From Candidatus Sumerlaeales bacterium (GTDB taxonomy: Bacteria; Sumerlaeota; Sumerlaeia; Sumerlaeales; Sumerlaeaceae), in the NCBI GenBank assembly GCA_038243585.1, contig JBBSQY010000064.1:1-14871 (forward strand): DNA of 14,871 bases. Direction: 5' to 3'. The notes under the pieces are model-generated. The model was not told where the DNA came from. It was given only the letters and a program-made list of their open reading frames with translations, and did not search any database. Position 1 is the stretch's first letter. Each line of letters begins with the position of its first letter. Positions 1-8,050 of this stretch are shown here, in pieces. The translations under genes and the position numbers were made by a program.

Positions 1-2
1 GC

Positions 3-1292
3 GGCGAGGCGTCGCGCCTGAAAGCAGCCGCGGAAGGTCGCCGGGCGGAAATCGCGGCGCTGGAGGCCTCTCTTGGCGAAGCCGGTGCCGAAATGCAGCG
101 GCTACAGCAGCAGCTTGACGCTTATCGCGCCCAGCAGAAAGAATTGGAAAGCCAGATAACCTTTGAGAACCAGCAGAAGGAAGTCGTGCAACTCGACCTG
201 CGCAAAATTGGCGAGCGCTCTCAGGTGCTCCAGCGGGATTTCAACGAAGCGCAAAACGAACTCCATGAAGTTGAACTCCGGCGGACAGAATTTACCCTGC
301 AGTTGAAAAACATCAAAGTCCAGACCAGGGAAAAGTTCAACCTTGGCCTGAACGACGTAATTACCAGGGTGCTGATGCCGGAACTCGTGGTCGAGGACGA
401 CGCTGCGACGGAGAATATAAAAAACACGCCGCCGAACCCACCGGTAATCGAGGAGTCAGAAACCGTTGAAGGTGGCGAAGCGGACGGCCAACTGGTGGCA
501 GACCTGGAACCGATTCAGGAAGAGATCGAAGAGTCGATTATCGATATTTCCGAACTTCACGACGAGGCCCGGGTGCGGCTCGAAAACCTGCGCAACCCCG
601 AGACGATCGCCTCGCTGGTCCAGGACATCCGGCGTCAGGTTGAGGCGCTTGGTCCCGTTCACGTCGGCGCCATCGACGAGTATAATGAGCTCAATGAGCG
701 CCTGGAATTTCTCGTCGCCCAGGAGAAAGACCTAAACGACGCCAAGGGGATGCTGTCCGAAACCATCGCGAAAATCGACGAAACGACGGAAGATCTGTTT
801 ACGAAAGCGTTCACAGAAATCCGGGCTAATTTTGAACAGGTTTACCGCAGGCTGTTTGGTGGAGGCCGAGCTGATCTCATCCTGACGGAAGAGAACGGCG
901 TGCTGGAAAGCGGCATCGACATCGTGGCACAGCCCCCCGGCAAAAAGCCACAGCACATCTCGCTGCTCTCAGGCGGAGAAAAAGCCCTTACTGCTGTTGC
1001 GCTACTTTTCGCCATCTTCATGCGCAAACCCAGCCCCTTCTGCATCCTCGACGAAATCGACGCCCCCCTGGATGACAAAAACGTGGAACGGTTTAAAGAG
1101 CTGGTTCACGAGTTTGCCGGCACTACCCAGTTTATTATTATCACCCATAATAAACAAACGATGCACCTGGGCAACACCATCTACGGAATCACCATGGAAG
1201 AGCAAGGCATAAGCCGCGCTGTAAGCATCCGCCTGGATGAGATCGAAGACAGCGAAGTCGTAAAAGAGATGGAACTGGAACCGGTAGGATAA
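3..1292 (+). CDS. smc: Chromosome segregation protein SMC, C-terminal part (coiled coil plus C-terminal head); 5' end lies outside the window
   Basis: The frame is open from base 3 through the track's ATG at 93. Contains heptad coiled coil, LGPVHVGAIDEY, PPGKK, ABC signature LSGGEK, Walker B/D-loop FCILDEIDAPLD and H-loop FIIITH. Confidence 0.97.
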   Translation, partial: GEASRLKAAAEGRRAEIAALEASLGEAGAEMQRLQQQLDAYRAQQKELESQITFENQQKEVVQLDLRKIGERSQVLQRDFNEAQNELHEVELRRTEFTLQLKNIKVQTREKFNLGLNDVITRVLMPELVVEDDAATENIKNTPPNPPVIEESETVEGGEADGQLVADLEPIQEEIEESIIDISELHDEARVRLENLRNPETIASLVQDIRRQVEALGPVHVGAIDEYNELNERLEFLVAQEKDLNDAKGMLSETIAKIDETTEDLFTKAFTEIRANFEQVYRRLFGGGRADLILTEENGVLESGIDIVAQPPGKKPQHISLLSGGEKALTAVALLFAIFMRKPSPFCILDEIDAPLDDKNVERFKELVHEFAGTTQFIIITHNKQTMHLGNTIYGITMEEQGISRAVSIRLDEIEDSEVVKEMELEPVG

Positions 1293-1386
1293 GATCAGAG
1301 CTCTCCCCCCTTGGGAATACCTCACTACAAAAATTATTTTTTCTGGCAAAATCGATAATTTAATAACGCAGAATTCTGCTTAGTCA

Positions 1387-1410
1387 ATTCATTTTGACAT
1401 AAAAATGAAT
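1387..1410. promoter_or_regulatory. Perfect 9-6-9 inverted repeat overlapping a TTGACA hexamer; candidate operator/promoter for the ice-binding protein gene
   Basis: ATTCATTTT(1387-1395)-GACATA-AAAATGAAT(1402-1410); TTGACA at 1394-1399. The downstream -10 match is weak (TCTAAAT). Confidence 0.4.
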
Positions 1411-1679
1411 GCGTCTGTCTAAATCGGTTAGTCCCAATTGCAACACTCCAGCTCTCAAGAGCCCTGTTCTCGTAATGCCGACAGTTTCTATCACTGCAGT
1501 GCGCGAAGATCGCTGCTTCGAGTTCAACTTAACTCTCATTCTTTACCTATCCTCATTTTCATTAGCCGACTATCCTCCAATAGGATTCACAGTAGCTATG
1601 GAGATGTCTTTTGCCGCCTTGGACCAGCCAACGCGGAGGAATTCCTGAAGATGATGCTGGCATCCAGAAAGGAATCATA

Positions 1680-4109
1680 ATGAAACATTTTTCCCAGCAG
1701 AAGCAGTCTGCCTGCTCATATAAATTCAGGAGCCTGATTACCGCAGTCGTAGTCGGCGCGGTTTCAATAAGCTTACCCCACTCCCTGTGGGCGGCCGGTC
1801 CACCGCCGGTTGATCTAAGATCCGCCGCGAGCTTCACAATCCTCTCCGGCGCCGGGATTACGACCACCGGGGGCGGCAGCATTGGCGGCGATGTGGGCGC
1901 GAGCCCGATTTCTGGTACCGCCATTCACCTGACGGACGCACAAGTGGACGGAACAATCTATGCGGTAGACGCGGCAGGGCCTCCAGGCTCCGTCGTTGAC
2001 CCCGTTTTATTGAGCGTTGCGAAAGGCGATTTAACTACAGCGTATAACTTTGCAGCAGGGTTGACGCCTATTCCTTCCGGACCATTTTTAAATCCCGGCC
2101 TTCCCGGAAATCCCGGCAATATCGGCGGAACAGTGCTGGTGCCGGGACTGTATAAGTTTACCTCGACCGCCTATATCACCGGCTCAGACGTCACGCTTTT
2201 TGGCGGACCCAACGATGTCTGGATTTTTCAGTGCGCCGCCGATCTTCAGGTTGGCAGCGGAATTAAAGTCATACTGGCCGGTGGCGCACAACCCAGAAAT
2301 ATTTTCTGGCAGGTCGGCACCTCTGCTGTGCTTGAAACCTTTTCTGTATTTAAAGGGACGATCCTGGCAGACCAGGCCATCACAATGAGAACAAGCAGCT
2401 CGATGGACGGCAGAGCACTTGCGTTTGACGCGGGCGTTGTTTATAACGGAACAAGCGGTAATTTGCCAAATGATCCCTATGCAGACTATGGCGATGCACC
2501 GGATGATTCCACGCACTCTTTTCCTACAGAAGACATTACCTCCAATAGCCGTGCCGGTTCCCGGGGCGTCCACCATTTCAGAGTTGGAAAAGAAATGTTT
2601 GGCACTTCTGTGACCTCAGAGGCTGGAGCGAGAGACCTTGCGGATCCCGACGGCATACCTAACCTGGTAGATAATGACAGCGATGATGGTCTGTTGGGTG
2701 TTAGTTTTGTTCCCATTGGCGACTCCGGAGTTCCCTTCTCCGGAGTTGATGGGCAAACCTACCTGATGCAGGCTACTGTTGCCGTATCACTTTCGGCTGA
2801 TGCTACAGCAGGTCCACGGTACATTAACATACTCTTAGACACGAACCGTGACCAGGAATGGCGAAACACGGACGAGGGGCGGGAATGGGTAGTCTCTAAT
2901 TATCCCGTAAACATTGCTCCCGGAACCAGCCAGACAATAACCCTGCCGCTGGATCAGATTACGACAAATCCGGCTCCTCGTGCCGCGGACATGTGGATGC
3001 GGATGACGCTGACGGATCGACTGATTGAGAAAAAACAATTTTCTGGATTGGGTGGCTGGGACGGCAGCGGCGCTTTTACCCACGGAGAGACAGAAGACTA
3101 TCTGGTTTTTTCAGCGTTAGCGCCAGATGTCTGCCTTATCCCTGCGCCGCCGGCAGAAACTTGCGCGAGCGAGTTCAAGGTCAGATTTGACCCTCCGACC
3201 CTAATGCTTAATCAGGATCAGTCGGGCGTAATCGATATGATTGTTACAGTAAGCGGAGCGGGCTCTTACGCCGTTGTCGAGGCTTATACGGTGAGTGGAG
3301 ACTCTGCGCCGATTGTCGGGGAAGGCATCAGTAATGTTGTATTGCCTGGCGAGGCTGGACCCATCAGCCCTGCGCTTAACCAGCAATTAGGTCCGGGAAC
3401 GAATCATGTCCAGGTGCCAGTTGGCCCTTTCAGCATCACTAACTCAGGCGTTACTCAATCTTTTGGAACAACCTTTACCATCTCAGGGTTCGACTGCACC
3501 GGCAAAAAAGTATTTGGCGCCACCAAAGCGGCCGGCGTCATCGTCGCTCACCCTCTGCCGGGTGGTGAGGTTCGATTTGCTTCACTTCCATTCGGGCCGG
3601 GTTCTCCCCACGCGGCGGGTCAACCGATCGCGCTTCAGCCGACTATCGGCGATCCAATCGGATACATCAAATTCGGGACACAGCAGATGACTGCTGGAAC
3701 CATTCATTCGATGCAACTGCGCGATTACCCTCCTGGCCTGCCTGTCGCCAAGCGCAACGGAGCTGTTCGTTTAACTTCGTTTTTTGATATTTCTTCCGAC
3801 GTCAGCCTGACTTCCGCAACCTGGGAACGTCAAACGCAGATAACGGGGCTTGGTCTGACAGGTTACAGCCAAAGTGATTTGCAAAACGCAAACATTACGA
3901 ACGAGGCCGACCTGACGGTCACTCGATATGCTACCATTGCCGACTCGTTGTTCGATGTTTATGAAGAACGGTCAACGGATGTAGGCAACACCGTTACCGT
4001 TGATACGGCGCTTCACCGAATCAACATTGCTGATCCCCGTGGCTTCTCCTACTATGGCATTGGGGTAATTCCACCAGATTCCGCTGTGGACAACTGGACA
4101 ATGTATTAA
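1680..4109 (+). CDS. Secreted ice-binding-like (DUF3494/IBP) protein with GEVED-type domain, further beta-rich domains and a short C-terminal W-x-x-Y tail
   Basis: ATG 1680 follows SD-like AGAAAGGA and is preferred over 1611. Signal-peptide-like N-terminus ending HSLWA. DUF3494 motifs VDLRSAASFTILSGAGIT, AKGDLTTAYN, LVPGLYKF, DVWIFQ, LAGGAQPRNIFWQVG, FKGTILADQAITM, GRALA (~1810-2450). DYGDAP...DDG...MRMTL...GETEDY (2484-3101) is GEVED-like. Confidence 0.9.
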   Translation: MKHFSQQKQSACSYKFRSLITAVVVGAVSISLPHSLWAAGPPPVDLRSAASFTILSGAGITTTGGGSIGGDVGASPISGTAIHLTDAQVDGTIYAVDAAGPPGSVVDPVLLSVAKGDLTTAYNFAAGLTPIPSGPFLNPGLPGNPGNIGGTVLVPGLYKFTSTAYITGSDVTLFGGPNDVWIFQCAADLQVGSGIKVILAGGAQPRNIFWQVGTSAVLETFSVFKGTILADQAITMRTSSSMDGRALAFDAGVVYNGTSGNLPNDPYADYGDAPDDSTHSFPTEDITSNSRAGSRGVHHFRVGKEMFGTSVTSEAGARDLADPDGIPNLVDNDSDDGLLGVSFVPIGDSGVPFSGVDGQTYLMQATVAVSLSADATAGPRYINILLDTNRDQEWRNTDEGREWVVSNYPVNIAPGTSQTITLPLDQITTNPAPRAADMWMRMTLTDRLIEKKQFSGLGGWDGSGAFTHGETEDYLVFSALAPDVCLIPAPPAETCASEFKVRFDPPTLMLNQDQSGVIDMIVTVSGAGSYAVVEAYTVSGDSAPIVGEGISNVVLPGEAGPISPALNQQLGPGTNHVQVPVGPFSITNSGVTQSFGTTFTISGFDCTGKKVFGATKAAGVIVAHPLPGGEVRFASLPFGPGSPHAAGQPIALQPTIGDPIGYIKFGTQQMTAGTIHSMQLRDYPPGLPVAKRNGAVRLTSFFDISSDVSLTSATWERQTQITGLGLTGYSQSDLQNANITNEADLTVTRYATIADSLFDVYEERSTDVGNTVTVDTALHRINIADPRGFSYYGIGVIPPDSAVDNWTMY

Positions 4110-4142
4110 GCTTACAGGCAGTAAACAAAAGCTCCTGGATTG

Positions 4143-4183
4143 ACAAATCCCCCCTTTCTGCTACGGGAGGGGGGATTTTGTTT
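4143..4183 (+). terminator. Intrinsic terminator after the ice-binding protein gene
   Basis: Stem AAATCCCCCCT(4145-4155)/AGGGGGGATTT(4168-4178), extendable by G-U pairs, running into TGTTT. Confidence 0.75.
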
Positions 4184-4295
4184 AGGCGGGAGAAAAGACA
4201 AAAATAACGGAAGGTGAAACCGAACAATAAGCTTTCCCGGTTTTTTTTGCAATGCGCCGGGCCTATGCCTGTAGCCCCCTCAAAGGAGTCTTTTC

Positions 4296-4874
4296 ATGAA
4301 TCCGCATATTGCATTTACCCTGTCTTTTAAGCGTGTCTTGTTTATGGTGGCAACCTTGGGGGTCGCCCTTTCCGCCTCGGCACAATATTATTACCCGCAG
4401 CCGCAGGCTTACCCCTATGGCTATCAATATTCTGCTCCACAGTATCCCCAGTATCAGCAGCCATATCAACAGCAATATCCACAATATTATGAGCAGCAGC
4501 AGCCGGTCCGCAAGGCCCCATATGACAAAATTCCATATCCGAACGGCGAAGCTGATTCATCCAAGCCGATTGAAATCTGGCTTGGCAAGCAGGTTGGACG
4601 CTGGGGTGATTACTGGTTCCCTGCTCTCGGTGGAAAGTCTTCGCATCGCACGCCTCAAGGTAAGTTTACCGTGAAAGCTCGTCACAAAGAGTTTTACTCG
4701 AGAAAATACGAAAGCAAAATGCCCCGCAGCGTCTTTTTCACTGAACAGTGCGCTATACACGTGGGAAGCCTGAAAACCAAATCTCACGGGTGCATTCACG
4801 TGGACTGGGAAGCCGGGGAACTAATTTATGACCTGAGCAAAACCGGTAAGACCAAGGTTATTGTTCATCCTTAG
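4296..4874 (+). CDS. L,D-transpeptidase (YkuD-like) family protein with signal peptide and Q/Y/P-rich linker
   Basis: SD AAGGAG upstream; signal peptide ending ASA-Q; TPQGKFTV, SRKYESKMPRSVFF and catalytic AIH...SHGCIHV motif (Cys codon 4791-4793). Confidence 0.88.
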   Translation: MNPHIAFTLSFKRVLFMVATLGVALSASAQYYYPQPQAYPYGYQYSAPQYPQYQQPYQQQYPQYYEQQQPVRKAPYDKIPYPNGEADSSKPIEIWLGKQVGRWGDYWFPALGGKSSHRTPQGKFTVKARHKEFYSRKYESKMPRSVFFTEQCAIHVGSLKTKSHGCIHVDWEAGELIYDLSKTGKTKVIVHP

Positions 4875-4877
4875 ATC

Positions 4878-7061
4878 TTAGGCTTCGGTAAGAGTTCCGA
4901 GACTTTGAAATTGTGGCCGTAAGTGTGAAATCATACCTCTCGCTTCCTCGGTGGTTTGTTTATGGTTCAGTTCGACCAGTCGACTCAGAATTTCTTCTTC
5001 CGAGATGTCAGGTGACCATCCGTAAGCCTCCGCGACTGCCGCGTCCAATTCCTCGTGGATCTGAATGAGACTGGCAAGTTGGCTATCGCGGTGGATGGCG
5101 TGGTCCCTTGCAGTCAGGGTTTGGTGGCTTCGCATCTTTTCAAGGACGTTGTAAATCATAGCTAGGGTCAGCCGTGGATGGAGTGCTTGCTGCTGTTTTC
5201 TGTGAGCGTCGAGTCGTTCGGCTAGCTCGCCGATGCGGCTGGCTTGTCCGATGGTGAGAGTTGGAAATGGAAAAGAATTAAAGCAGCGATCGATGTCGTA
5301 GGTGGAATGGGTTGGCTTGCCATCGAAAGCGCTTTGAGTGTCATAGGTTTTTCCGGCGGCGGTGGACCATGTGGTGTGGATTCGGCTGGACAATATTCCC
5401 AGATGGTATGGCTCGGTCAGTGCGATGGCGATCAGTTGATGGTCGGGCACAACGGCGGCATCGAGAAACAGGAAAAGACGGTGTTTCATGGTCCGAACGG
5501 TGGCAATATAGCGAGAAAGGCCTGCGAGGGCATCACGTAACAGAGGCTGAGGGTTGCCATGAAGCCACCAATCGGCCCTTAGGCGTGGCTCGCGGTTTTT
5601 ATCGCGCTCCGGCTTTACCCGTTCATACACCCGCTTGTATATTATTGGAAAGTTTGCAGCAATGGATTCTGCGCTGTGGCCAAAGAGATCAACCACAAGC
5701 ACATTGCGGGATACCTGGGTCAGGTCGGTGCCATTGCAGTAGGGGCGCAGGATGTTTTCGATGTCTGGGGTTTGATGAAGACCTAGTTTCCGCGCTTCGT
5801 TTTGGGTGACGATGAAGCCGTTTCCTTCAAGGTGAATGCCGCCGTGAGCGAGGTTTTGATTTGCGATGAGTGCCATAGCGGAGGCAACGTACGCGCCGGT
5901 GGTGAGGTCTGGATGGATGCGGCCTTTCGTGCTGCTATAGCCATGGGCCTGGACGGTCTGGAGGAGGCCGGTGCGTTGACCAAAGCGGGCGACTGTGATG
6001 GCGATGCGCGTGCGCGAGCCCGAAGTGGGGTCAACTGAAAGGTATTCGGGTATAGCAAAAGTGAGGGAAATCCGGGGGTCGCTTAAATGGCGCTGGAGGA
6101 CCTGGAGGTTTCGATTGTTCCTGTTGGGATTCGGAGTGATGAAACCGAAACGGCGGAGCCTGCGGATGGTATTACTGCACTTCGTGGACTGTGTGGATAC
6201 TTGAGCAAAGTTCACGGTTTCTTTTAATATTTGGGCGGCTTGGTTCCACCAGTACATCGAGTGGTCAGCCGCCGCCGGGACTTCAGGATGGACCCTCTGA
6301 AAAGTCGCAAAATAAGCGTCGCCGAAGGTCGCGCGGACTCGGTCTGGCGTGAGAAACGGAAGGCTCCCTATGATAAAATCAGCGTCTGGCCACTGGGCTT
6401 TTCGAGGAAGAAGATAGCGCCAGACGGGCAAGCGAAAGTTATGATCGGGTACGGGCTCGCCGGTGGTGGGGTGGGGCTTGAGGGTTTTGCCGTCCCAGCG
6501 GGTAATGGGCAAGCCGACCTTGTTGAGCAACGCCTCCGCAGTGTCGTAATCGAGAAGGGCGTCACGGCATTCGATGTTGGAAGAGTTACCGGGCTCTGGC
6601 TCGTTTGAAGCTCCGAGGGCGGTTGGCCTCCATTTAAGATAAGTTTTATGCAGAGCGAGTTCGGCGGCGGCGGCGGCTTGAGGGTCAATTTCGATTCCAA
6701 GAAACTGATTGAGCCCAACCCGAAATTTTTCCTCTGCGGTTTCCAGGCCTTGGTTGCCGGCGAAGCCCACCATCGCGTCGAGCACTTCCGCTTCCAACAG
6801 CATCATCTGGTCGAGAACGGCGCAGAGCACAGCGCCACCGCCGCACGCGGGATCAAGGATTGTCGTTAGTGAGAGTTCACGGATAAAATCGCGGCAGGTC
6901 CGCACGGCGTCTTCCCAATTGCCCTCGATGTGCTGGCTAATGGCAGCGGAATGGACTGCCTGCCATTCCCGCCGAAGGGGTTCGATGACGGTGCGCAACA
7001 CCAGAATTTGGATACAGGTATCGGGGAGCTGGGGTGTTTGGCTATGAAAATCAACGGTCAC
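4878..7061 (-). CDS. MmeI-like (type IIL) DNA methyltransferase/target-recognition protein, N-terminally truncated with degenerate catalytic motifs; possible pseudoenzyme or pseudogene
   Basis: Recognisable family blocks: TVIEPLRREW, ILDPACG, QFLGIEID, NIECRDA, TRWDG..HPTTGE.VPD, WPDADFIIG, MYWW, RFGFIT, ERVKPERD, RYIATV..KHR.F.FLD, LGILSSRIH, CF..FPFP, H.ELDAAVAEAYGW. Motif IV reads SLPF rather than NPPF. The GTG start has no evident SD, so the start is uncertain. Confidence 0.85.
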   Translation of the reverse strand: MTVDFHSQTPQLPDTCIQILVLRTVIEPLRREWQAVHSAAISQHIEGNWEDAVRTCRDFIRELSLTTILDPACGGGAVLCAVLDQMMLLEAEVLDAMVGFAGNQGLETAEEKFRVGLNQFLGIEIDPQAAAAAELALHKTYLKWRPTALGASNEPEPGNSSNIECRDALLDYDTAEALLNKVGLPITRWDGKTLKPHPTTGEPVPDHNFRLPVWRYLLPRKAQWPDADFIIGSLPFLTPDRVRATFGDAYFATFQRVHPEVPAAADHSMYWWNQAAQILKETVNFAQVSTQSTKCSNTIRRLRRFGFITPNPNRNNRNLQVLQRHLSDPRISLTFAIPEYLSVDPTSGSRTRIAITVARFGQRTGLLQTVQAHGYSSTKGRIHPDLTTGAYVASAMALIANQNLAHGGIHLEGNGFIVTQNEARKLGLHQTPDIENILRPYCNGTDLTQVSRNVLVVDLFGHSAESIAANFPIIYKRVYERVKPERDKNREPRLRADWWLHGNPQPLLRDALAGLSRYIATVRTMKHRLFLFLDAAVVPDHQLIAIALTEPYHLGILSSRIHTTWSTAAGKTYDTQSAFDGKPTHSTYDIDRCFNSFPFPTLTIGQASRIGELAERLDAHRKQQQALHPRLTLAMIYNVLEKMRSHQTLTARDHAIHRDSQLASLIQIHEELDAAVAEAYGWSPDISEEEILSRLVELNHKQTTEEARGMISHLRPQFQSLGTLTEA

Positions 7062-7106
7062 AATAGAAGATAAATAGTCGGGTCGGTCACGGGCGCAAGT
7101 GAAGCA

Positions 7107-7131
7107 GACGGCTCGGCGAGCCGTCCCTGCC
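7107..7131 (-). repeat. REP-like GC-rich palindrome just downstream of the pstB stop
   Basis: GACGGCTCG-G-CGAGCCGTC (7107-7125); the minus strand reads GGCAG-GGACGGCTCGCCGAGCCGTC, like GTAG-type REPs. There is no U-tract. Confidence 0.55.
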
Positions 7132-7137
7132 TGGAAA

Positions 7138-7920
7138 TTAACCGAAGCGACCGGTTATATAGTCCTCGGTTTGCTTCTTCGACGGGGTTGTAAAGATCTT
7201 ATCGGTCTCGTCGACCTCGATCAGCTCGCCCATATAAAAGAAGGCGGTGTTGTCTGACACACGGGCGGCCTGCTGCATATTATGGGTTACGATAACAATG
7301 GTGTATTCGCTTTTGAGGTTGTGAATCAATTCTTCGATTTTTTGGGTAGCGATAGGATCGAGGGCGCTGGCGGGTTCGTCCATCAGGACCACTTCGGGCT
7401 CAATGGCGAGGGCGCGGGCGATACATAGGCGCTGCTGCTGTCCGCCGCTAAGATCCAAGGCGGACGCGTTCAGGCGGTCCTTGACCTCTTTCCAGAGGGC
7501 GGCGTCTATCAGGCTTTTCTCGACCTGTTCGTTGATGATTTTCCGATCGCGGACGCCATTAATTCGCAAACCGTAAGCGACGTTTTCATAAATTGATTTA
7601 GGGAATGGATTAGATTTTTGAAAAACCATTCCTACGCGGCGACGCACATCAATGACGTCTGTATGGGACGAGTAAATGTCTTTCCCGTCGAGAAGAATTT
7701 TCCCTTCCAGGCGGACGTTCGGATAAATGTCGTTCATGCGGTTAAGGCTGCGTAGAAAAGTGGATTTGCCGCAGCCGGATGGGCCGATGAGAGCGGTTAC
7801 ACGGTTTTCGCAGACGTCCAGGGACACATTTTTTATGGCTTTGGTTTCACCATAGTACACGTTAACATCGTGAGCCGAAAGTTTAGTTTTTACGTCGTTT
7901 GTAGCTGCTAACAGGCTCAT
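7138..7920 (-). CDS. pstB: Phosphate ABC transporter ATP-binding protein
   Basis: Walker [79 protein letters not shown], and the typical end [10 protein letters not shown]. Confidence 0.97.
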   Translation of the reverse strand: MSLLAATNDVKTKLSAHDVNVYYGETKAIKNVSLDVCENRVTALIGPSGCGKSTFLRSLNRMNDIYPNVRLEGKILLDGKDIYSSHTDVIDVRRRVGMVFQKSNPFPKSIYENVAYGLRINGVRDRKIINEQVEKSLIDAALWKEVKDRLNASALDLSGGQQQRLCIARALAIEPEVVLMDEPASALDPIATQKIEELIHNLKSEYTIVIVTHNMQQAARVSDNTAFFYMGELIEVDETDKIFTTPSKKQTEDYITGRFG

Positions 7921-8050
7921 GCGGTGGCTGTCGTCTCCGGGTTTTGGACATGATTTGAGGTCATGGGGCGGCGCTGGACCAGTAACCTAGTTGGGAAACA
8001 ATGGATGGCGGGTGGCATTCATTGCGTTGAGATGAGCGGCGGGCTTGTGC

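Noticed and set aside
1611..1679. Longer N-terminus of the ice-binding ORF given by the track
   Set aside because: ATG 1680 has a good SD and begins a signal-peptide-like sequence; the extension would precede it.
1409..1680. Short ORFs 1409-1648 and 1438-1680 in the smc-IBP intergenic region
   Set aside because: No recognisable motif or SD, and they overlap each other; more likely untranslated leader.
5244..7047. Multiple plus-strand ORFs antisense to the MmeI-like gene
   Set aside because: Shadow ORFs of a coding strand with clear family motifs; no independent evidence.
4878..7061. Functional type IIL restriction-modification or defence island
   Set aside because: No nuclease domain, degenerate catalytic motifs, and no neighbouring defence or mobility genes.
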